From Acidimicrobiales bacterium (lineage in GTDB: Bacteria; Actinomycetota; Acidimicrobiia; Acidimicrobiales; DASWMK01), in the NCBI GenBank assembly GCA_036399815.1, contig DASWMK010000057.1:1226-65225 (forward strand): 64,000 bases of DNA, in the 5' to 3' direction. Of this stretch, positions 53,543 to 61,730 are shown piece by piece. Position 1 is the stretch's first letter. Each line of letters starts with the position of its first letter. The translations under genes and the position numbers were made by a program. The notes below the pieces were generated by a model that worked only from the letters and a program-made list of their open reading frames with translations, ran no database searches and was not told the origin of the DNA.

Positions 53543-55543
53543 TCAGCCCGTCCCCCGCCCGATCGCGGCGAGCCGGGGGAACAGCCACGGCGCGATCCAG
53601 TGGGCGCCGCTCACCGTGACGTGCACGCCGTCGGAGCGGACCCGCACGCCGTCGACGTCGCGCACGTACTCCGTGCCCGGCGTGACGTGGGCGCCGAACT
53701 CCACGAGCGTGACCGACCCGGGGTGGCGGGCGGCCACCTCCCGCACGAGCCGGTTCCAGGCGTCGACCCTGGCCGGCTCGTCCTCCGGGAAGATCCCGCC
53801 GTCGGGCCGCTCGCCCCGGCGGTAGTAGGGGGCGGTGAGCAGGGCGACGCGGGCGCCCCTGGCCGTCGTCACCGCCACCATCGTCTCGAGCTCCTCCAGC
53901 AGGTAGGCGTCGAAGGCCGGCTGGCCGACGTGGGCCCACTCGCCGTCGTGCACCCGCTCCATCACCTCCCACCGGCCGACGAGCACGGCGACCACGTCGG
54001 GGTCGTGGGTGGCGATCCAGCCCGCCCACGTCTCTGGCCAGGTCTCGCACTCCGGGAGCTGCTCCTTCTCGGCGCCGAAGTACCGGTACGGCCCGCCCCG
54101 CACGATCCCGCAGCCGAGGCGGGCCTCGGACACGAGGTCGACGCCGTACCCGCTCACGTCGGGCAGGCCCTGGGCCATCGTCATCGCCACCGAGTCGCCG
54201 ACGAGCAGGACCTTCACGTCGCCGACGGGCGGCGGGCGGGTCGACGTCGTCGTCGAGGCGACGGTGACGGCCGCGGCCTTGGCGGCGCCGGCGGTGCCCG
54301 GAGGGGCCGGCGCGGTGGTCGACGGCGGGGCCGTCGTCGGGGGCGGGGGTGCGGCGGCGACGACCGGGGCGGCGGCCGGCCCGCCGACGGTGGCCACCAC
54401 GACCACCACGGCGGTGACGGCGACGGCGCCGGCCAGGCCGAGCGCCAGGCGGGGCGAGCGGTCGCGCCGGGCCCGCACCGGCAGCTCCAGGAGGCGGTGG
54501 GAGGCGGCGGCGACGGCGACGGTCACGAGCGACCGCACGGCCAGCAGCGGCCACCCGGTCAGCCCGGTGCGGGCGCCGTTCAGGGCGAGGAACAGCGGCC
54601 AGTGCCACAGGTACACGCCGTAGGAGATGCGGCCGAGGGCGACGAGCGGCCGGGCCGACAGCGCCCGACCGACCGCGGCGCCGGGGGCGAGCTCGACCGC
54701 GGCCACGACCGTCCCAGCGGCGAGGGCGGCGGCGAGGAGCCCGCCCTCGTACAGGTCGGCCCGCCCGCCGTCGACGGCGACCGTCATCCAGGCCAGCACG
54801 GCCGCCCCGGCCACGCCGGCGACGCCGGCCCCCGGCACCGGCCGCCCGCCCCGGCGGGCCAGGCCGACGGCGAGCAGGGCGCCGACCAGCAGGCCGGTGG
54901 CGTGGGTGTCGGTGCCGAGGTACACCCGGCTCGGGTCGGTGAGCGGGCGGTGCAGCGCGGCCATGAGGACGGTCGAGCCGGCCGCGCCGAGGCCGGCGAC
55001 GGCGGCGAGGGCGACGAGCGGCCGCCGCCACCGCAGGGCCAGCCCGACCACGAGCGGCCACACCAGGTAGAACTGCTCCTCGACGGCCAGCGACCAGGTG
55101 TGCAGCAGCGGCGACGGCGGCGCCGCCTCCCCGAAGTAGCTCGCCGCCCCGGCCACGAACCGCCAGTTGGCCACGTAGGCCAGCGCTCCGAGCCCGTCGC
55201 CCCGCAGGGCGGCGTCGGTGCGGTCGCCGGCGCCGAGGCGGAGGGCGACGGTGGCGGCCACGACGGCCAGGAGCGGCGGGAGCAGGCGGGCGGCCCGGTA
55301 CCGCCAGAACCGGCCGAGGCGCAGGCCGCCCGTGGCCGAGCCCTCGTCGAGCAGGAGGGTCGTGATCAGGTAGCCGCTCAGCACGAAGAAGACGTCGACG
55401 CCGAGGAACCCGCCCTCGGCCCACGGCATGCCGCCGTGGAAGGCGAGCACGGCGGCGACGGCCACGCCCCGCAGGCCGTCGAGGGCCGGTCGCCGCGTCC
55501 CGGGGCCGACGGCGGCGGGGGCGTCACCGACCACGGCGGCCAT
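53543..55543 (-). CDS. acyltransferase family 3 (OafA/YrhL-like) fused to C-terminal SGNH hydrolase domain
   Basis: 666 aa. N-terminus LDGLRGVAVAAVLAFHG... with about 10 TM. Ala/Pro/Thr linker. C-terminus LLVGDSVAMT (GDS motif). Confidence 0.88.
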   Translation of the reverse strand: MAAVVGDAPAAVGPGTRRPALDGLRGVAVAAVLAFHGGMPWAEGGFLGVDVFFVLSGYLITTLLLDEGSATGGLRLGRFWRYRAARLLPPLLAVVAATVALRLGAGDRTDAALRGDGLGALAYVANWRFVAGAASYFGEAAPPSPLLHTWSLAVEEQFYLVWPLVVGLALRWRRPLVALAAVAGLGAAGSTVLMAALHRPLTDPSRVYLGTDTHATGLLVGALLAVGLARRGGRPVPGAGVAGVAGAAVLAWMTVAVDGGRADLYEGGLLAAALAAGTVVAAVELAPGAAVGRALSARPLVALGRISYGVYLWHWPLFLALNGARTGLTGWPLLAVRSLVTVAVAAASHRLLELPVRARRDRSPRLALGLAGAVAVTAVVVVVATVGGPAAAPVVAAAPPPPTTAPPSTTAPAPPGTAGAAKAAAVTVASTTTSTRPPPVGDVKVLLVGDSVAMTMAQGLPDVSGYGVDLVSEARLGCGIVRGGPYRYFGAEKEQLPECETWPETWAGWIATHDPDVVAVLVGRWEVMERVHDGEWAHVGQPAFDAYLLEELETMVAVTTARGARVALLTAPYYRRGERPDGGIFPEDEPARVDAWNRLVREVAARHPGSVTLVEFGAHVTPGTEYVRDVDGVRVRSDGVHVTVSGAHWIAPWLFPRLAAIGRGTG

Positions 55544-55597
55544 CGGCCCCCATCCTGTCCGCCGGCGCGCCCCCCAGTCGGTCCCGGCGCCGGGGCG

Positions 55598-56248
55598 CTA
55601 GTCGGCGATGCGCTTCAGGCGCTCGACCTCGTCCTCCCCGGCGGCGAGGTCGCCGACGGCCGGCGCCCCGGCCGTCTCGTAGGTCACGTGCAGGGTGCCG
55701 TTCGGGAACGTGACCGACTCGACGAGGCGGAGGGCGGCGGGCACGGTGGCGTCCCCGAAGGCGCGCTTGCCGGCCCCGAGCACGAGCGGGTAGATCCACA
55801 GGTCGAGCCGGTCGACGAGCCCGGCGCCGAGGAGCGATCGCACGAGGTCGAGGCTGCCGATCACGTGGACCTCGCGGTGGCGCTCCTTCAGCGCCGCGAC
55901 GCTCGCCGCCAGCTCGCCGGTGAGCAGGGTGGAGCCCTGCCACCGGAGCGGCTCGGCGAGGGTCCGGCTGGCGACGTACTTCGGCACGGCGTTGAGCAGG
56001 CCGGTGAACGGGATCTCCTGCGGCGCGTCCGGCCAGTAGCCGGCGAACAGCTCGTAGGTCCTCCGCCCGAGCAGCAGAGCGTCCATCGCCGCGGCCCGCT
56101 CGAGCATGACGCGGCCCGACGCCTCGTCGACCAGGGGCGCCTGCCAGCCGCCGTACGCGAAGCCGCCCTCGCGGTCCTCGTCGGGCCCTCCCGGCGCCTG
56201 GGCGACGCCGTCGAGGGTCGTGAACTCGGTGACGACGAGGGTGCCCAT
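55598..56248 (-). CDS. dihydrofolate reductase-family protein (RibD C-terminal domain-like)
   Basis: 216 aa: MGTLVVTEFTTLDGV...LLLGRRTYELFAGYW...VIGSLDLVRSLL...LWIYPLVLGAGKR. Confidence 0.85.
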   Translation of the reverse strand: MGTLVVTEFTTLDGVAQAPGGPDEDREGGFAYGGWQAPLVDEASGRVMLERAAAMDALLLGRRTYELFAGYWPDAPQEIPFTGLLNAVPKYVASRTLAEPLRWQGSTLLTGELAASVAALKERHREVHVIGSLDLVRSLLGAGLVDRLDLWIYPLVLGAGKRAFGDATVPAALRLVESVTFPNGTLHVTYETAGAPAVGDLAAGEDEVERLKRIAD

Positions 56249-56257
56249 GTCGACCGC

Positions 56258-56740
56258 TCAGTCGCTGGCCCGGCGGCGGCCCTCGACCCTGGCCTTCTCC
56301 TGCTGCTCCCGGCGGTGCCGGGGCCGGTCGGCGTCCGACCGGGCCAGCACCGACCAGACCTCCTCCAGCAGCGCGTCGGCGTGGAAGGGGCGGTCGAGGA
56401 AGCCGTCGATCCCCGACTGCCACGAGAACATCGGGTTGCTCCCCTGGCGGGCCAGCAGCACGACCCGCACGGACTGCACGGCCGAGTCCCGGGAGTGGCG
56501 GATGGCGTCGAGCAGCTTGAGGTTGGCCCCGCTCGCGCCCAGGTCGAGCACGGCGACGTCGGGGTGTTCGGCGGCGGCGACGGCCATGGCCCGGTCGTGG
56601 GACGGCGCGGTCAGCACGTCGTAGCCGGCCCGCTCGAGGAGTCGGCGCAGCAGCTCCAGCGCGTCCTGGTCGTCCTGGACGACCAGCACGCGGGCCGGGC
56701 CGCCCGGCGCCCCCCGCTCAGTCCTGGACCGTCGGAGCAA
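56258..56740 (-). CDS. stand-alone receiver-domain protein (atypical)
   Basis: Contains VLVVQDDQDALELL...DVAVLDLG...FLDRPF. The usual Lys of the KPF motif is Arg. The alternative start, GTG 56689, would avoid overlap with the upstream gene. Confidence 0.6.
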   Translation of the reverse strand: MLRRSRTERGAPGGPARVLVVQDDQDALELLRRLLERAGYDVLTAPSHDRAMAVAAAEHPDVAVLDLGASGANLKLLDAIRHSRDSAVQSVRVVLLARQGSNPMFSWQSGIDGFLDRPFHADALLEEVWSVLARSDADRPRHRREQQEKARVEGRRRASD

Positions 56741-58931
56741 CGGCCGCCCCCTGGCGTCTCCCGTCGCCGGCCTGGAGGGCGTCGAGGACGTGGATGGCGA
56801 TGTCCGCCACCTTCACCTCGTCGTCGTCCTTGCCGGCGCCCTTCACACCGTCGTCGATCATGATGTAGCAGAACGGGCAGGCGGTAGCGATGCGGCCGGC
56901 GCCGGTGGCGATGAGCTCCTCCGAGCGGGCGTCGTTGACCCGCTTGCCGAGCGTCTCCTCCATCCACATCCTGGCCCCGCCGGCCCCGCAGCAGAGGCCC
57001 TTGTTGGCGTTGCGGGGCGCCTCGACGACCTCGACCCCGCCGAGCGAGGCGATCACCCGCCGGGGGGCCAGGTACACGTCGTTGTGGCGGCCGAGGTAGC
57101 AGGAGTCGTGGTACACGATGCGCTCGGCGAGCGAGGCGCCGCTCAGGTCGAGGCGGCCGGAGGTGATCAGCTGGTCGAGCAGCTGGCTGTGGTGGATCAC
57201 CTCGTAGCGCCCGCCCAGCTGGGGGTACTCGTTGGCCAGCGTGTTGAAGCAGTGCGGGCACTGGGCGACGATCTTCCTCACCCCCATGCCCTCGAACGTC
57301 TCGACGTTCTGCATGGCGAGCATCTGGTACAGGTACTCGTTGCCCGAGCGCCTGGCCGGGTCCCCCGAGCACAGCTCGGAGGGACCGAGGACGGCGAAGT
57401 CCACGCCGGCCCGCTGCATCAGCTTGGCCATGGCCCGCGTGACCCGCCGGTTCTTGTCGTCGAAGGAGCCGGCGCAGCCGACGAAGTAGAGGTACTCGGC
57501 GTCGAGGGGCGCCGAGCCGTCGACGACGCGGACGCCGTCGAGGCCCCTCGCCCAGTCGGCCCGCTCGCCCTGGCTCATCCCCCACGGGTTCGAGGAGTTC
57601 TCCATCGACCGGTAGGCGGCGCCCAGCTCGGTCGGGAAGTTGGACTCCATGAGCGACAGGTAGCGCCGCATGTCGAGGATCTTGTCGAGGATCTCGATGC
57701 CGACCGGGCAGGCCTCGTCGCAGGCCTTGCACGACGTGCAGGCCCAGATCTCCTCGGGCGTGATCCGCTCGAACACGTTGCTCGCCGACACCGTGATGTC
57801 GCCGTCGACGCCGAGGGGCGGCGACACGGGCGGCGTGCCCGTGAGCGCCATGGTCTCGCCCACCTTGAGGACGATCTCGCGCGGGTCGAGCGACTTGCCG
57901 GTCAGGTGGGCCGGGCAGGACGCCGTGCACCGGCCGCACATGGTGCAGGCGTCGGTGTCGAGCAGCTGCTTCCAGGTGAAGTCCTCGACGGCCGACGCGC
58001 CGAACGTCTCGAGCTCGGTCTCCATCAGGTTGGGCAGCGGCTTCATGGCGCCCTTGGGCCGCTCCCGGTCCCGCAGGTAGAGGTTGAGCGGCGAGGTGAA
58101 CATGTGCCGCAGCATCGTGACCGGGAGGATGGCGAGGAAGGCCAGGAAGAACAGGGCGTGGACGATCCACCAGCCCTGGTGCCAGCCGCTCAGGTGGTCG
58201 GCCCCGTCCACGAGGCCGGACAGGGGGTAGCCGACCCACGACCACCGCTCCCACTCCTGGCGGTCGCCGAGGGCGATGCGGAACGCCTCGGCCCCGAAGC
58301 CGGTCACCCCGATGCCGAGGAACACGAGGAGGATCAGCGCGTGCTCGGGCTTGGACTTGATGCGGATCCGGTACGGGCGCCAGGGGCCGTAGCGGCGGAC
58401 GAGCGCCCACACCACGCCGACGAGGAACAGCACCCCGGCCGTGTCGGCCACGAACGAGTAGGCCCGGTACACGTCGCCGTGCAGGAACTTGGCCGACTCC
58501 GGCATCTGGTGGTCGATCTCGAGCACCGTGGTGACGGCCAACAGCACGAGGAAGCTGAAGTAGATCAGCGAGTGCATGACGCCGGCGGCGGGGTCGCGGA
58601 GGACGGTCTGCATGTAGACCCCGGCCCGGAAGTCGCCCAGCCGGCGCTTGACGTTGGCGGCCGTCGTGTCCCGGCGGTCGGGCTTGCCCCGCTCCCAGTT
58701 GCGGACGCGGTTGGCGAACTGGACGGTCCCGTAGACGAGGAGGAGCGCGGTCAGGGTGTAGAAGACGGCTTCGACGACGTCCGGGACGTTGCCGAAGGTC
58801 CGCCGGCTGACCGGCGAGTCGTCGTGGAACCCGAAGAGCGACGCCGTCGCGTACGAGCCGACGGTGACGATCGTGACCAGCGCCCCGATGGCGATGGCGA
58901 CGTGGCGGGCGCGGACCCTGGTGCCGTTCAT
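56718..58931 (-). CDS. membrane-bound iron-sulfur oxidoreductase (NarI/DsrM-like TM domain + 2x[4Fe-4S] + two CCG domains, HdrD/DsrK-like; Rv0338c-like)
   Basis: 737 aa. N-terminal ~5-6 TM domain, CTMCGRCTASCP and CTSCKACDEACP ferredoxin motifs, and two Cys-rich CCG-type motifs (...FVGCAGSFD...; ...KGLCCGAGG...). Confidence 0.85.
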   Translation of the reverse strand: MNGTRVRARHVAIAIGALVTIVTVGSYATASLFGFHDDSPVSRRTFGNVPDVVEAVFYTLTALLLVYGTVQFANRVRNWERGKPDRRDTTAANVKRRLGDFRAGVYMQTVLRDPAAGVMHSLIYFSFLVLLAVTTVLEIDHQMPESAKFLHGDVYRAYSFVADTAGVLFLVGVVWALVRRYGPWRPYRIRIKSKPEHALILLVFLGIGVTGFGAEAFRIALGDRQEWERWSWVGYPLSGLVDGADHLSGWHQGWWIVHALFFLAFLAILPVTMLRHMFTSPLNLYLRDRERPKGAMKPLPNLMETELETFGASAVEDFTWKQLLDTDACTMCGRCTASCPAHLTGKSLDPREIVLKVGETMALTGTPPVSPPLGVDGDITVSASNVFERITPEEIWACTSCKACDEACPVGIEILDKILDMRRYLSLMESNFPTELGAAYRSMENSSNPWGMSQGERADWARGLDGVRVVDGSAPLDAEYLYFVGCAGSFDDKNRRVTRAMAKLMQRAGVDFAVLGPSELCSGDPARRSGNEYLYQMLAMQNVETFEGMGVRKIVAQCPHCFNTLANEYPQLGGRYEVIHHSQLLDQLITSGRLDLSGASLAERIVYHDSCYLGRHNDVYLAPRRVIASLGGVEVVEAPRNANKGLCCGAGGARMWMEETLGKRVNDARSEELIATGAGRIATACPFCYIMIDDGVKGAGKDDDEVKVADIAIHVLDALQAGDGRRQGAAVAPTVQD

Positions 58932-58992
58932 GTCGCCGCGGAAACTACTCCCGGGCCGTCGCCCGGAACGAACCCCCTGGCGCCGTCCGGGG

Positions 58993-59415
58993 TCAGGCGA
59001 AGGCCTTGGCGTCCAGCTCCCGCACGCGGGCGGCGAGGCTGGTCAGGAGCTTCCTCGCCACGGTCGGCACCTCGTCCAGCAGCCCCGAGAACTCGCGGGC
59101 CCCGATGACCAGCACGGTCATCGCCCCGTCGGCGACGACGGTGGCCGTGCGGGGCCCGTGGTCGAGCAGGGACAGCTCGCCGGCGGCATCGCCGGGGCCG
59201 AGCGTGGCGACCCGGCGGCCGTTGCGGCGCACGGTGGCCGTGCCGTCGACGATCACGAAGCACTCCCGGCCGACCTGGCCCTGCTCCATGAGCACGCGGC
59301 CGGGCTCGACCTGGAGCTCGTCGGCGGCCCTGGCCACCCGCTGGAGGTCGCGCTTGGACAGGGACCGGAACAGCGGCACCTGCGCGAGGTGCTCGAGGTA
59401 GGCAGCTCTGGGCAC
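58993..59415 (-). CDS. cyclic nucleotide-binding domain protein (effector domain only)
   Basis: Own start at GTG 59415: VPRAAYLEHLAQVPLFRSLSKRDLQRVA...GRECFVIVDGTATV...GPGDAAGELSLLD...RTATVVA. No DNA-binding domain follows. The track ORF (to 59940) is an N-terminal artefact. Confidence 0.75.
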   Translation of the reverse strand: MPRAAYLEHLAQVPLFRSLSKRDLQRVARAADELQVEPGRVLMEQGQVGRECFVIVDGTATVRRNGRRVATLGPGDAAGELSLLDHGPRTATVVADGAMTVLVIGAREFSGLLDEVPTVARKLLTSLAARVRELDAKAFA

Positions 59416-59491
59416 CGAAGGAGTGTAGGGACTGGCGCCGTTCACGGGCAGGAAACCCCGCCGAAACGCGCCGTGCCTACGGTCGGGAGCG

Positions 59492-60019
59492 ATGGACGTC
59501 GCCAAGGTGCGCTGGCCGTCGCAGGGCGCCGACCTCGAGCGACTGCGGGCCGCCGACCGCCCCCGCCTCGTGCTCGTGGAGCCGGGCGCGCCCCCGCCGG
59601 TGCCGACCAGCTGCCGGGAGGACTGGGTCCGGCTCCCGGCCGACGACGGCGACGTGGCCGCCCGCCTCGACGGCATCCGCCGGCGCACGTCGGCCCACGG
59701 CGAGCCCGTGCCGGTCGTGGACGAGGACGGCGTGCTCCGCCACCGCTCGGCCCTGGTGCCGCTGCCACCGGTCGAGGCCCGCCTGGCCGCCGCGCTCGTC
59801 GCCCGCCGGGGCGCGGTCGTGAGCCGCGAGGCGCTGGCCCGGGCCGGCTGGCCGTCCGGCGCGCCGGGCCGCAACGCCCTCGACGTGCACGTGCTGCGCC
59901 TGCGCCGCCGGCTGCCGCCGCTCGGCCTCGCCATCCGCACCGTGCGCTCCCGCGGCTACCTGCTGGAGGCGTGCGACGGTCGGTCAGACGGGCGACAGCG
60001 AGCCGTGCGCGACGCGTAA
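59492..60019 (+). CDS. OmpR/PhoB-type winged-helix transcriptional regulator with only a remnant of a receiver domain
   Basis: C-terminus LPPVEARLAAALVARRGAVVSREALARAGW...NALDVHVLRLRRRL...IRTVRSRGYLLE is a trans_reg_C pattern. The about 85-aa N-terminus lacks the acidic pocket and phospho-Asp context. Located directly upstream of amtB. Confidence 0.7.
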   Translation: MDVAKVRWPSQGADLERLRAADRPRLVLVEPGAPPPVPTSCREDWVRLPADDGDVAARLDGIRRRTSAHGEPVPVVDEDGVLRHRSALVPLPPVEARLAAALVARRGAVVSREALARAGWPSGAPGRNALDVHVLRLRRRLPPLGLAIRTVRSRGYLLEACDGRSDGRQRAVRDA

Positions 60020-60064
60020 CGGCGGGCACACCGACGCGAAACCGGCCGTCCGTACCGTCCGGGC

Positions 60065-61624
60065 ATGCGACCTCTCCGCCGTTCCATCGCCGGCGCCGCG
60101 CTCGCGGTGGCCGCCGCGCTCGTCCTGGCCGCTCCGGCCGGGGCCCAGACGGGGACCGGCGCCCCCGAGGAGGCGGCCACCGCGCTCGGCCAGCAGGTGA
60201 ACCTCCTGTGGATCGTGCTCGGGGCCATCCTCGTGGTGTTCATGCAGGCCGGGTTCGCCCTGGTCGAGACCGGGTTCTGCCGGGCCAAGCACGCCGCCCA
60301 CGTCATGAGCACGAACTTCGCCGTCTTCGGCCTGGGGTTCGTCGCCTTCTTCCTCGTCGGCTACGGCCTGATGTTCGGCGGCTACAGCTACGTGCTGCCG
60401 GGCTACGACTTCGGCTATGCCCACCCGGTCGGGGACCGCCTGTTTGCCATCGGCGACTGGGTGTTCGTGTGGAAGGGCGGGTTCGCGCTGACCGACCTGT
60501 CCGGGCCGACGGGCGCGGCCGTCGCCGGCTTCTTCTTCTACATGGTCGCCTTCATGGACACCGTGGCGACGATCCCGACCGGCGCGATGGCCGAGCGGTG
60601 GAAGTGGACCTCGTTCGTCGGCTGGGGCCTGTTCTGCGGCGCCGTCTACTACCCGCTGTTCGGGGCGTTCACCTGGGGCGGCGGCTGGCTGAGCCAGCTC
60701 GGCAACAACCTGGAGCTCGGGTTCGGCTACGTCGACTTCGCCGGCTCGGGCGTGGTCCACGCCATGGGCGGGGTGGCCGCCCTGGCGGGCGCGGTCGTCC
60801 TCGGGCCCCGCATCGGCAAGTTCGGCCCGGACGGCATGCCGAGGACGATCCCCGGCCACCACGTCCCGATGGCGATGCTCGGCACGTTCATCCTGCTGTT
60901 CGGCTGGTTCGGCTTCAACGCCGCGTCCACCCTCGCCGCCACCGACGTGCAGTTCGCCGTCGTCGCCACCAACACCGCCATCGCCGGGGCGTTCGGGTCG
61001 GTGGTCGGCATGTTCTGGGTGATGCGCAGGACCGGCAGGCCCGACCCCGGGATGATGGTCAACGGCATGCTCGCCGGGCTGGTCGCCGTCACCGCCCCGT
61101 GCGCGTTCGTGGACCCGTGGGCCGCGGCCGTGATCGGCTCGGTGGCGGCCGTGGTCGTGATCGAGGCCATCTGGTTCGTCGAGCGCCGGCTGAAGGTCGA
61201 CGACCCGGTCGGCGCCATCTCCGTCCACGGCGTGGGCGGCCTGCTCGGCGTCCTCAGCGTCGGCATCTTCGCCAACGGCCGCTACGGCGCGGGGTGGAAC
61301 CTGACCGCCACGGGGGCGGCGACCGACGCCGCCGGGGTCACGGGCATCCTCACCGACGTCGGCCTGGGCCTCCGCCAGCTGGCCTCGCAGGCGATCGCCG
61401 CGCTCACGATCTGCGGGATGGGCCTCGTCGCCTACGCGTTCTTCCGGGTGCAGGACGCGCTGACCGCCGGCGGGATCCGGCCGAGCGAGGCCGACGAGCT
61501 CGCCGGGCTCGACCTGCCCGAGACGGGCGCGCTCGCCTACCCGGAGTTCGTCCTCGGCGAGCCGGCCGCCGCGGGGCCGGTGGCCGTCAGGCCCGACGAC
61601 CGGGAGGTCGTCACCCTGCCGTGA
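60065..61624 (+). CDS. amtB: ammonium transporter
   Basis: 519 aa. Signal peptide, then MQAGFALVETGF, DFAGSGVVH, WFGFN and ISVHGVGG motifs. Confidence 0.93.
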   Translation: MRPLRRSIAGAALAVAAALVLAAPAGAQTGTGAPEEAATALGQQVNLLWIVLGAILVVFMQAGFALVETGFCRAKHAAHVMSTNFAVFGLGFVAFFLVGYGLMFGGYSYVLPGYDFGYAHPVGDRLFAIGDWVFVWKGGFALTDLSGPTGAAVAGFFFYMVAFMDTVATIPTGAMAERWKWTSFVGWGLFCGAVYYPLFGAFTWGGGWLSQLGNNLELGFGYVDFAGSGVVHAMGGVAALAGAVVLGPRIGKFGPDGMPRTIPGHHVPMAMLGTFILLFGWFGFNAASTLAATDVQFAVVATNTAIAGAFGSVVGMFWVMRRTGRPDPGMMVNGMLAGLVAVTAPCAFVDPWAAAVIGSVAAVVVIEAIWFVERRLKVDDPVGAISVHGVGGLLGVLSVGIFANGRYGAGWNLTATGAATDAAGVTGILTDVGLGLRQLASQAIAALTICGMGLVAYAFFRVQDALTAGGIRPSEADELAGLDLPETGALAYPEFVLGEPAAAGPVAVRPDDREVVTLP

Positions 61625-61730
61625 CCGCCGCCGCGCCGACGCCGCTCTCCGGGGCACCGCCCGACCCGCTCGGCCGAGGCCGTCCCCCCGGCCGGCGCCC
61701 GGGCCCGGCGGTGCCCCGGCGGCGGGGCCG

